From the NCBI GenBank assembly GCA_964291415.2, contig OZ219918.1, positions 544,001 to 608,000 of the forward strand: a stretch of DNA of 64,000 nt, read 5' to 3'. Source of the DNA: Alphaproteobacteria bacterium (lineage in GTDB: Bacteria; Pseudomonadota; Alphaproteobacteria; SP197). The notes beneath the pieces were generated by a model, which worked only from the letters and a program-made list of their open reading frames with translations, ran no database searches and was not told the DNA's origin. The position numbers and the translations under genes were made by a program. Below, in pieces: positions 46,073-54,696 of the stretch. Numbering within the stretch: position 1 is the first letter of the stretch; each line of letters opens with the position of its first letter.

Positions 46073-48592
46073 ATGCTGAGTATTGACCCCAATGATCTGG
46101 CTCCATGCAAGGAGTTCTTCGAGCACCCCTCAGGGCCGCACGGTCCGGATCTTCAGCGACTGCTGACCATCATGCGGGCCGACACGGTCGATGATCCGCA
46201 CGTCATTGTCGAAAGGGAAGACGGGGCATTCGGGCTTGGCACGGCAAGCGATCGGCGCGGAGATCCTGTCCTCATCTACGAGGGTGTGCGCTTCGAGACC
46301 CATGGAGAGGCGCTGAAAGCCATGTTCAAGCTCCGTTGGGAGATGCTGACCGGGTGTCGCTTGCCCCTGGGCGAGGACCTCGCGCTGGACGGTCGTCCCC
46401 GCCACCCGGTGGTCGACGAGCGTCTGCTCGCCTATGCGGACCGCTGGGACGTGCGTCCCGGAGAGATCATCAACTTCAAGGTGTCCACGGGCAAGCTGGC
46501 ACCGGACTACCGCTTCGATGTCGCCAGGATCCGTTCGGCCGTCGGTCATCCGGAGGGGCCGGGTCTGCACCTCACGCCAATGTCCAGCCCGGCGGATGGT
46601 GACTACGAGGGCCGCAACCAGACGACATCGATCGGCTCCTACATTGCGTTCGACCGCCCGTGTCCGGTGGCGCTGGACGCGTTCTCTGTTCGCGTGAACG
46701 TGAAGCCGACCCTCAGGACCGGCGGGCCGCAGGCGCTTGTCGATGCCTGGGATGCGGAGCGTGAGACCGGCTTTGCCCTCCTTCTCGACGACGAGGGCCG
46801 TCCCGGCGTGGTCGTCGGCGCCGGTCCTGGCGAGGTCGTCGCCTTTGCGACGGAAAGACCGTTGCCCCTCCAGTCCTGGCACCACGTGACGGCCAGCTTC
46901 GATCGGGAAAACCGCAGACTCGCCGTGTCGCATCGCTGCCTGGAAAGGGGGCACCTGCTCCTGCGCGAGGCCGGGATCGAGCGCACAATCGGGTTTCAGC
47001 CGGATTTCGGGTCAAGTGAGTTCTTCATCGGCGCCTCGAAGGCATCCGATGGATCCATGACGGCGCACTTCAACGGGAAGCTGGAGGCGCCGGCGCTGTT
47101 CTCGTCACCGCATGGCGACGAGGGCTCGCTCGTCGCGTCGTGGGATTTCTCCCGCGAGGTGTCCGGTACCGGGATCGTGGATACCTCGGCCAACGCCTGG
47201 AACGGCCATACCGTCAACCTGCCGGCCCGGGCCATGACGGGCAGCGGGTGGGACGGAACGGCCCATCGATGGTCGGACAACCCTCGTCACTACGGGGCCA
47301 TCCACTTTCACGAGGACGACGTGGTGGATTGCGGCTGGGATGATGACGTCACCCTGACGATCCCGAACGACTGGACGAGCGGTGTCTATTGCGGGCGCTT
47401 TCAACAGGGCGCCAACACGTCCTACGCCACCTTCCACGTGCTCCCCGCCCGGGGCAAGCCGGGTTCGCGGCTGGCGGTGCTGATGCCGACCGCCACGTAC
47501 GTGTGCTACGGCAACGACGGCACCCACGTGCAGCGCCGGCGTTTCCTGGAGCGGACCATGAACCGGTTCGCCACACTGACCAGGAACCAGATGTTCCTGC
47601 AGATGCATCCGGAGCTCGGCGCCTCGACCTACGACATGCACAGCGACGGCAGCGGAGTCTGCTACGCGTCCCGGCGCCGGCCGGTCGTGGACATGGCGCC
47701 GGGGACGTCCGTGTGGAACTTCAGCGCGGACACGCTGATTCTCGACTGGCTCGAGGAGAACGGGCATGCCTACGATGTCCTGACAGACGAGGCGCTGGAC
47801 CGGGAAGGCTCAGCCCTGCTGGAACCCTATGGCTGTGTCATCTCGGGCAGCCATCCGGAGTACACCTCCCAGTCCATGTCGGACGCGATGCTCGCCTTCC
47901 TCGAAGAGGGCGGCCGGTTCATGTATCTGGGCGGCAACGGCTTCTACTGGAAGATCGCCTATCATCCCGAGGACCCCGGCCTCATCGAGACGCGCCGGGC
48001 CGAGGATGGAGGCCGGAACTGGATCGCCGAGCCGGGTGAATACCACCTCGCTTTCACCGGCGAACTCTCCGGCCTGTGGCGGCGCAACGGCCGGACGCCG
48101 CAGCAGCTGTTCGGCGTGGGTTACACCGCCTGCGGATTCGACTCGGCCTCCTACTACGAGCGTACCGCAGCGAGCGACGATTCGCGCGCTGCATGGATCT
48201 TCCAGGGCGTCGGGGAGAACGAGAGGATTGGTGATTTCGGTTTTGCGCTGGGCGGTGCCGCGGGGGCGGAACTCGACCGGGCCGACACGAGCCTCGGCAC
48301 GCCGGAACATGCGCTCGTCGTCGCCAGCGCCACCCGTCTTCGGGCCAGCTATCTCACCCTGCCCGAGGAGTTCTACCACCTGACCTCCGATATCAACGGC
48401 GAGACGTCTCCCCTGGTCAGGGCGGACATGGTGTTCTTCGAGACCCCGGCCGGCGGTGCGGTGTTCTCCACCGGCTCCATCTCCTGGTGCGACGCGCTGT
48501 GCCACGACGGCTATGACAACAACGTGGCCACGATCACCGGAAACGTCGTCCGTCGTTTCCTCGATCCGGCGCCGTTTGAGGCGCCGGAGTGA
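46073..48592 (+). CDS. N,N-dimethylformamidase-like enzyme; small-subunit-like domain fused to large subunit
   Basis: GGAGG RBS; residues ~1-100 resemble the DMFase small subunit (P.GPH..DLQRLL..MR ... RF.T..EA..A.F..RW); then AYADRW.V.PGE, LamG-like region, YGAIHFHEDD, TYVCYGN, STYD.HSDGSG, GSHPEY, YLGGNGFYW, VRADMVFFET. Confidence 0.85.
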   Translation: MLSIDPNDLAPCKEFFEHPSGPHGPDLQRLLTIMRADTVDDPHVIVEREDGAFGLGTASDRRGDPVLIYEGVRFETHGEALKAMFKLRWEMLTGCRLPLGEDLALDGRPRHPVVDERLLAYADRWDVRPGEIINFKVSTGKLAPDYRFDVARIRSAVGHPEGPGLHLTPMSSPADGDYEGRNQTTSIGSYIAFDRPCPVALDAFSVRVNVKPTLRTGGPQALVDAWDAERETGFALLLDDEGRPGVVVGAGPGEVVAFATERPLPLQSWHHVTASFDRENRRLAVSHRCLERGHLLLREAGIERTIGFQPDFGSSEFFIGASKASDGSMTAHFNGKLEAPALFSSPHGDEGSLVASWDFSREVSGTGIVDTSANAWNGHTVNLPARAMTGSGWDGTAHRWSDNPRHYGAIHFHEDDVVDCGWDDDVTLTIPNDWTSGVYCGRFQQGANTSYATFHVLPARGKPGSRLAVLMPTATYVCYGNDGTHVQRRRFLERTMNRFATLTRNQMFLQMHPELGASTYDMHSDGSGVCYASRRRPVVDMAPGTSVWNFSADTLILDWLEENGHAYDVLTDEALDREGSALLEPYGCVISGSHPEYTSQSMSDAMLAFLEEGGRFMYLGGNGFYWKIAYHPEDPGLIETRRAEDGGRNWIAEPGEYHLAFTGELSGLWRRNGRTPQQLFGVGYTACGFDSASYYERTAASDDSRAAWIFQGVGENERIGDFGFALGGAAGAELDRADTSLGTPEHALVVASATRLRASYLTLPEEFYHLTSDINGETSPLVRADMVFFETPAGGAVFSTGSISWCDALCHDGYDNNVATITGNVVRRFLDPAPFEAPE

Positions 48593-48721
48593 CTGCGTTG
48601 ACGGACCGCCTCGCCGCTTCCTTCTACCTTCTGGTCGCGCGCCGACGCGCCGGGAACCTGTTCCTGGACTTGCGCGCGGGCACTCTTCACCCGAAACCCA
48701 TTCGTTGACCGGGAGCGCTCC

Positions 48722-50353
48722 ATGGCAAGCTTCGACTACATCATCATCGGCGCGGGTTCGGCGGGCTGCGTGCTGGCCAACAAGCTCAGCGCCGACGGCC
48801 GCCATTCCGTCCTGGTGCTCGAGGCCGGCCCGATGGACCGCAATCTGCTGATCCACATCCCGGCAGGTGTCTACAAGGCGCACCGCGATCCCCGCATCAA
48901 CTGGAACTACATGACCGAGGACGAGCCGGAACTCCACGGTCGCCAGGTCGTGATGCCGCGCGGCAAGGTCGTGGGCGGCTCGTCGTCCATCAACTCCATG
49001 GTCTACATGCGGGGCCAGCCGCAGGATTACGACCGCTGGGCCGACGAACTGGGTCTCGCCGAATGGCGCTACGCCAACTGCCTGCCCTACTTCAAGGCGG
49101 GCGAGACCAGCGATCGGGGCGCCAGCGACTGGCGCGGGGGCAGCGGCCCGCTCGGCGTGACGCGGGGTGCGACGGAGAACCCTCTCTTCGACGCCTTCAT
49201 CCAGGCTGGCGGACAGGCCGGGCAGGGCACGACCGACGACCCCAACGGTTACCAGCCCGAGGGCGTTACAAGGCTCGATGCGACCAAGCGCAACGGCCGT
49301 CGGTGCAGCGCGGCGGTGGCACACCTGCGGCCATCGCTTTCCCGTCCGAATCTCACGCTTCTGACGCGTGCCATGGTTCAGCGTCTCGTGATCGACGGCA
49401 ATCGCGCCTCGGGAGTCGTCTTCACCCAGGGTGGCGCGACACGCACGGTCGAAGCCGAGAAGGAGATCATCCTGTCGGGCGGAGCGATCAACTCGCCGCA
49501 GACCCTGATGCTCTCGGGCATTGGCCCCGCCGATCAACTGCGCGACCACGGCATCAAGGTGCGCTGCGACCTGCCCGGCGTCGGGCAGAACCTTCAGGAT
49601 CACGCCAGCGTTGCGATCACGGTGTCGTGTACACGCTCGTTCCCGATGCACCGTGTCGATCGCCCGCTCAACAAGCTCATGGCGGGCGCGGAATGGTTTC
49701 TCACGCGCGGCGGGCTCGCCGCGTCGAACGTCTGGGAGGCCGGCGGCCTGATCCGCGGCAACGACGAGGTTCCCTATCCGAATCTCCAGTACCACTTCGG
49801 ACCCACGGGCTACGAGTACGAAGGCGCCAGGATCAGGCTGAAGCAGGCCTTCCAACTGCAGGTCGACCAGCTGCGTCCGGGCAGTCACGGGCACATCGCG
49901 CTCAAGTCCGCGGATCCGGGCATGAAGCCGGCGATGTTCTTTCGTTACCTCAGCGCTCCCAAGGACCTCCGTGAGCTGGTCGAGGGCGTGAAGAAGATGC
50001 GCGATCTGATCGCCCAGCCGGCCTTCGACGGCTTGCGCGGCGTCGAACTGTCTCCTGGCCCCGACGTCGGGACGGACAAGGAGATCGAAGAGGCCGTGCG
50101 GGCGCTGACCACCACGGATTTTCACCCCTGCGGTACCTGCAGGATGGGCCTCGGCAGCGACGCGGTCGTTGATTCCGAGCTCAGGGTCCACGGGATGGAA
50201 GCCCTGCGCGTGGTCGATGCCTCGGTCATGCCCCGGGTGATCAGCGCCAACCTCAACGCGCCGACCCAGATGATCGCGTTGCGCGCCGCCGACTGGATCC
50301 TCGGCAAGCCCCAGTTGGAGCCGTTCGAGGCGAGGTTCGCGTTTCAGGAGTAA
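48722..50353 (+). CDS. GMC oxidoreductase, choline dehydrogenase-like
   Basis: GAGSAG, RGKVVGGSSSINSM, SGGAINSPQ.LMLSGIG, HPCGTC, VVDASVMP, NLNAPT. Confidence 0.9.
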   Translation: MASFDYIIIGAGSAGCVLANKLSADGRHSVLVLEAGPMDRNLLIHIPAGVYKAHRDPRINWNYMTEDEPELHGRQVVMPRGKVVGGSSSINSMVYMRGQPQDYDRWADELGLAEWRYANCLPYFKAGETSDRGASDWRGGSGPLGVTRGATENPLFDAFIQAGGQAGQGTTDDPNGYQPEGVTRLDATKRNGRRCSAAVAHLRPSLSRPNLTLLTRAMVQRLVIDGNRASGVVFTQGGATRTVEAEKEIILSGGAINSPQTLMLSGIGPADQLRDHGIKVRCDLPGVGQNLQDHASVAITVSCTRSFPMHRVDRPLNKLMAGAEWFLTRGGLAASNVWEAGGLIRGNDEVPYPNLQYHFGPTGYEYEGARIRLKQAFQLQVDQLRPGSHGHIALKSADPGMKPAMFFRYLSAPKDLRELVEGVKKMRDLIAQPAFDGLRGVELSPGPDVGTDKEIEEAVRALTTTDFHPCGTCRMGLGSDAVVDSELRVHGMEALRVVDASVMPRVISANLNAPTQMIALRAADWILGKPQLEPFEARFAFQE

Positions 50354-50412
50354 AGCCTCCTGGGCCGCTCGCACCGCCCTCCCAGCCCGTTGTGCCCCAG
50401 CTTGACCGATGC

Positions 50413-50575
50413 CGAAAGACGCTTTGCCTCGAAGCGCCCGAACACATTCTGAGACGTCTCCATCGTTCGTTGCTGTGGCCATGTCGCCCGCTTCATCAAG
50501 GTACCTCCTCATCGGGACACCTGACCGGACAACTTCTGCGCTTTCTAGGACCGGACAGATCATGTGCCAGAGATA
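50413..50575 (-). mobile_element. Left-end remnant of an IS1202/ISNCY-like insertion sequence
   Basis: GACCGGACA repeated at 50523 and 50549, running to ...GATCATGTGCCAGAGATA (50575); AGGAGG RBS then ATG 50496 MKRATWPQQRTMETSQNVFGRFEAKRLS, resembling the start of ISNCY transposases. Confidence 0.55.
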
Positions 50576-50592
50576 CCCCTGGCGAAAATCCA

Positions 50593-50627
50593 TTGACACG
50601 AAATTCGTGTTTTAGTAAATTCGTGTC
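50593..50627 (+). promoter_or_regulatory. Sigma70 promoter with overlapping operator for the TA operon
   Basis: TTGACA 50593-50598, 17 nt, TAAATT 50616-50621; palindrome ACACGAA-A-TTCGTGT 50596-50610; AAATTCGTGT repeated at 50601 and 50617. Confidence 0.7.
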
Positions 50628-50870
50628 ATGAAGAACGTCACGGTCACGCTATCGGAAGATGTTGCAGCATGGTTGAGGGTTCGGGCCGCTGAGGACGGAC
50701 GCAGCATGTCCAGGTGGCTTGCCGAACTGTTGGAAGGAATGCGGAGCGGAGAAGCCGAGTACGATCTCGCCATGGAGCGCTATCTGGCCAGGAAGCCGCG
50801 CAAGCTGGGCTGGATCGATGGTCGCAAGCCCAAGCGCGACGAATTGCATGATCGCTCCGGTCTTCGTTGA
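50628..50870 (+). CDS. RHH/CopG-type antitoxin
   Basis: MKNVTVTLSEDVAAWLRVRAAEDGRSMSRWLAELL ... RDELHDR; overlaps the PIN gene. Confidence 0.82.
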   Translation: MKNVTVTLSEDVAAWLRVRAAEDGRSMSRWLAELLEGMRSGEAEYDLAMERYLARKPRKLGWIDGRKPKRDELHDRSGLR

Positions 50871-51312
50871 CACCAACATCCTCGTCTACCGACAGGATAG
50901 TTCGGACCCTGCCAAGCAGTCCCGCGCCCATGACTGGATCGTGTTTCTCTCCCGCCGTCGCGCCGCGCGTATTAGCTTCCAGGTGCTTCAGGAGCTCTAT
51001 GTGACGCTCACACTCAAGTTGAGACCCGCGCTCGGCGTCGGCGAGGCGCAGAGTATCGTGCGCGAACTCGCGGTATGGAGGCCGGTTGTCCTCGATCTCG
51101 CCATCCTGGAACGGGGCTGGCTGCTGCAGGAACGGTACTCACTTTCGTGGTGGGACGCGCTGATTGTTGCGGCTGCGCAATCATGCGTCTGTTCGGTGGT
51201 GCTCACCGAGGATTTGCAGCATAACCAGATGCTCGGAGACGTTCGGGTTATCGACCCATTCGCGGCGCCGGAACTGACGCCGGAGAACGTGCTGGCGTCG
51301 CTGCCGGCGTAG
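50848..51312 (+). CDS. vapC: VapC/PIN domain toxin
   Basis: FVDTNILVY, QVLQELY, SWWDALIVAAA, LTEDLQH, IDPF; full acidic active-site set. Confidence 0.88.
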   Translation: MIAPVFVDTNILVYRQDSSDPAKQSRAHDWIVFLSRRRAARISFQVLQELYVTLTLKLRPALGVGEAQSIVRELAVWRPVVLDLAILERGWLLQERYSLSWWDALIVAAAQSCVCSVVLTEDLQHNQMLGDVRVIDPFAAPELTPENVLASLPA

Positions 51313-51509
51313 TGCGGCCTCCACACCCTACCGTTCCGCCGCGGACGTCCATTCTTGTCGCCAGTGCCAGCGGGCGCAATCAGGCTTCATCGAGAACAGC
51401 AGAAGGTCGCCGTTGCCGAGTATGGTGCCATCTGCATCGAATCCCCGGCCGGTTGTGGAGGGTCGCGTCGATCAAGTTGTTCTCGCCCTTCGCCACCCTT
51501 GGCTCGCGG

Positions 51510-52361
51510 TCAGGGGACCTGTAGGACTGTGGTTAGGCTGATGTTGCCGGAGCCTGGTGCGAGGGGCTGCTGCTGGGATGTGTGGGGAGCCCAGGCTGTC
51601 AGGTAGATGATGTCGAAGGTGGCGGGGATTCTCTTCTCGTGGTCTGCGTGGCGGTCCTGGTAGAGGGATGCGGCATGAAGGAAGACGTCCCTGCGGGCAA
51701 AGGCGCGAGGGCGGTCGACGAGGGCATTGCTTTCCCCCATGGCCTTGAGGTCGCGCATGAGGGCGAAGGCGTCGGGGTAGGTCACCGTGATGCGATCGGT
51801 GTCGATGACAGGCAGGGCAAATCCTGCACGTTGCAGGAGGGCGCCGGCATCCCTGACATCGATCATCGGCGAAAGGCGTGGCGAGAGTCCGCCCGTGATG
51901 GCGATCTCGGAGTCTGCCAGTGCGTGTCTCAGTTCCACGAGTGTCTCGCCGCCGAGGAGCGCGGCCAGGAGAAGGCCGTCGGGCTTGAGTGCCATGCGGA
52001 CCTGGATCAGCGTGCCGACGAGATCGTTGACCCAGTGAAGGGCGAGGTTGCTGATGACGGCATCGAGCGAGGAGGGTGCGAAGGAGAGGTGCTCCTCGTC
52101 GACGGCGAGGTGACGGGCGAAGGCGGGCGATAGGTCTGCCTCGACGAGAAAATCCGTCTTGCCCTTGCCGGCAAGGGCCTGACTGACGGCGCCGTGACGG
52201 GCGCCGAGCTCGAGAGCGACGGGAAAGCGTCGCGTGATGTCATCGAGGCGGTCGGCGAGGCGGTCGGCGACGTCGGCGAAGAGGAAGTCCGCCTGCCTGT
52301 TTCCGGCAGCCGCAGCGCGGTGGAGCCGGACCACGCGGCGATCGAATGGACCATCGTTCAT
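51510..52361 (-). CDS. SAM-dependent methyltransferase (BioC/NDUFAF5-like)
   Basis: FDRR, ALELGARHG, SNLALHWVNDL, LKPDG, LQRAGFALPVID, DLKAMGE, QQPLAPGS. Confidence 0.88.
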   Translation of the reverse strand: MNDGPFDRRVVRLHRAAAAGNRQADFLFADVADRLADRLDDITRRFPVALELGARHGAVSQALAGKGKTDFLVEADLSPAFARHLAVDEEHLSFAPSSLDAVISNLALHWVNDLVGTLIQVRMALKPDGLLLAALLGGETLVELRHALADSEIAITGGLSPRLSPMIDVRDAGALLQRAGFALPVIDTDRITVTYPDAFALMRDLKAMGESNALVDRPRAFARRDVFLHAASLYQDRHADHEKRIPATFDIIYLTAWAPHTSQQQPLAPGSGNISLTTVLQVP

Positions 52362-52444
52362 GAGACCCATGGTGACGGGCGCGGCGGGGTGGCACAACCT
52401 GGAGCGGGACTGCTATGGTCGCGCGGGAGATCGTGGGGATCGCC

Positions 52445-52708
52445 ATGGCCGAGGTCGTCGTCTACACGACCATGTTCTGTCCTTACTGTACCGGCGCCCG
52501 GAAACTGCTTCGCTCGCGCGGAATCGTGTTCGAGGAAGTCGACGTGACGATGAACGCCACCAGACGTGCGTCGATGGCCCGCATGGCCGGTGGCCGGCAT
52601 ACCGTGCCGCAGATCTTCATCGACGGAGAGGCGATCGGAGGCTACGACGATCTCGTCCACCTCGAACGCAGCGGCGAACTTTCAGCCAGATTGGGAGACC
52701 GGGCATGA
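52445..52708 (+). CDS. grxC: Glutaredoxin 3
   Basis: CPYC, TVPQIFI, GGYDDL. Confidence 0.93.
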   Translation: MAEVVVYTTMFCPYCTGARKLLRSRGIVFEEVDVTMNATRRASMARMAGGRHTVPQIFIDGEAIGGYDDLVHLERSGELSARLGDRA

Positions 52709-53604
52709 CTCAACTCACCATCGCCTGCGTCCAGGTCAATGCGCAGCTCGACATGGCAGCTAATATCGAGACGGCGTCAGCCCTGGTGCACCAGGCAGCC
52801 GATGCCGGAGCCGACCTCGTCGGTCTTCCGGAGAATGTCGCTCTCATGGCTGCGAGCGAGGAGGAAAGGCTGGAGAACGCCTGGCGTCCCGCCGATCATC
52901 CGGCTCTCATCGCCTTCGCCGACGTCGCCCTGCAACGGGGAATCTGGCTCCAGGCAGGGTCCGTGGCAGCCCTTCGCGAGGACGGCACTCTTGCCAACCA
53001 CGCCTTCCTCTTTGGTCCCGATGGCGAAACCACGGACTACGAGAAGATCCACATGTTCGATGTCGATCTTCCCGACGGATCGCGCTACCGGGAATCGGCC
53101 ATGTTTCATCCAGGCGACACCGCGGTCCTGGCTCCCACACCGTGGGGCCTGCTGGGCATGACGGTCTGCTACGATCTGCGTTTCCCCCATCTCTACCGCG
53201 AACTCTCGAAGGCTGGCGCGGTCATGCTGACGGTCCCGTCGGCCTTCACGAAGGTGACGGGTGACGCCCACTGGGAGGTGTTGCTGCGCGCCCGTGCCAT
53301 CGAATGCGGTGCCTTCGTCTTCGCTCCCTGCCAGACCGGCCACCATCCGGGCAACCGGCGCACCTGTGGTCACTCGCTGATCATCGACCCCTGGGGTGTG
53401 GTTCTCGCCGACGCCGGCACGGACGTCGGGTTCTGCATCGCCGACGTCGACCTCGCCGAGGTGGCGCGAGTCCGTGGCACCATCCCGGCCCTCGAACATG
53501 ACAGGCCCTTTGCGTTCTCAGGTTTCCCGGCGGGCACACAGTCTTTGAAGGGCCGCCGGCCGGGGATCGACGACGACGAGATCCTCGTACGCCAGCACGC
53601 GTAG
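52705..53604 (+). CDS. Carbon-nitrogen hydrolase (Nit1/deaminated glutathione amidase-like)
   Basis: LPEN, YEKIHMFDV, VCYDLRFP, PSAFT, HWEVLLRARAIE, GHSLIIDPWG. Confidence 0.92.
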   Translation: MTQLTIACVQVNAQLDMAANIETASALVHQAADAGADLVGLPENVALMAASEEERLENAWRPADHPALIAFADVALQRGIWLQAGSVAALREDGTLANHAFLFGPDGETTDYEKIHMFDVDLPDGSRYRESAMFHPGDTAVLAPTPWGLLGMTVCYDLRFPHLYRELSKAGAVMLTVPSAFTKVTGDAHWEVLLRARAIECGAFVFAPCQTGHHPGNRRTCGHSLIIDPWGVVLADAGTDVGFCIADVDLAEVARVRGTIPALEHDRPFAFSGFPAGTQSLKGRRPGIDDDEILVRQHA

Positions 53605-54057
53605 GCTTCCGGCCACCGCCTCGAGAAGTTCTCCCGGTCTGAGGAGAAACGCCGGATTGCGCGGCCGGCCGAAGCGCTCGTTGCCGAGGGCGAAGGTCTC
53701 GTAGATGAGAAGACCGCCCGGGCCGATGTTGGCGACGATGTCCTTCAGTCCCGGACGCCACAGGTAGTTGGTGACGACGACGCCGGAGAAGGTCCGGCCG
53801 GCCAGGGGCCACGCGCCACCACTCTCGAGATCGCATTCCACGATGGTGACCCGTTCATCCCCGGCGAACCGGGCCAGCGGTGCGGTGTCACGATCGAGAG
53901 CGGTGACCCGATGGCCGTGTTCGAGCAGGAGTTCAGTGTGGCGGCCACTGCCGGCGGCGAGGTCGAGCACGTCTCCCTTCGGGGGAAGAAGGGGGAGGAA
54001 GCGCAGAACCCAGTCACTGGCATCGGAGGTGGCCGAATGAGGACGTGGAGTTGTCAT
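53518..54057 (-). CDS. Class I SAM-dependent methyltransferase
   Basis: VLDLAAGSGRH, VVTNYLWRP, PGGLLIYETF, FLLRPGELL. Confidence 0.87.
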   Translation of the reverse strand: MTTPRPHSATSDASDWVLRFLPLLPPKGDVLDLAAGSGRHTELLLEHGHRVTALDRDTAPLARFAGDERVTIVECDLESGGAWPLAGRTFSGVVVTNYLWRPGLKDIVANIGPGGLLIYETFALGNERFGRPRNPAFLLRPGELLEAVAGSLRVLAYEDLVVVDPRPAALQRLCARRET

Positions 54058-54228
54058 CGCGGGCTCCGGCGGAACGAACGGTGAGGCTCACTCCGGTCAA
54101 GATCGACAGGCGTGAGGGAGTGATCGCGAAGGTGTTTGATCGAGGTATTCAAGGGGTGCATGGTTACGATATCCCTTGTTCCGCAGGAATTTGCGCCTAC
54201 ATTTCACGTGACGGTTCAGGGTGTTCTC

Positions 54229-54690
54229 ATGATCGTCTTCGATATCCAGTGCGGCAATGGCCATGTCTTCGAGGGCTGGTTCGCCGATTCGGCATCCTTT
54301 GACGCCCAGGTCAAGGCGAAGGATGTCGCCTGTCCCATGTGCGGCGATACCGCGGTCGAGAAGGCGCTGATGACGCCCAGTGTTGCCGTGGCGCCCCGCA
54401 CCGGTGGTGCGGCGGCGCAAGAACCTCCTGACACCACGACCGTGGCGCTTGCCAAGCAGAAGGAAGAGACCCGGCGGGTGATGGCGATGGCCCGTGCGGT
54501 GAAGGCGCACGTCGAGAAGAACTTCGAGAACGTCGGTCCTCGCTTTGCCGATGAGGCGCGCAAGATTCACTATGGTGATGCGGAAAAGCGCAACATTCAC
54601 GGCGTGGCAACGCCGGTGGAGTCGCAGGAGTTGCGCGAGGAAGGGATCGAGTTCGGCGAACTGCCAGCCTTGCCGGAATTCGACAGCTGA
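54229..54690 (+). CDS. DUF1178 family protein
   Basis: MIVFDIQC..GHVFEGWF, CPMCG, VG.RFADEARKIHYG, L.EEGI. Confidence 0.88.
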   Translation: MIVFDIQCGNGHVFEGWFADSASFDAQVKAKDVACPMCGDTAVEKALMTPSVAVAPRTGGAAAQEPPDTTTVALAKQKEETRRVMAMARAVKAHVEKNFENVGPRFADEARKIHYGDAEKRNIHGVATPVESQELREEGIEFGELPALPEFDS

Positions 54691-54696
54691 ACCACA

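Noticed and set aside
47810-50599. 929-aa minus-strand ORF
   Set aside because: Antisense to the DMFase-like and GMC genes; stop-poor shadow frame of high-GC coding DNA with no motifs
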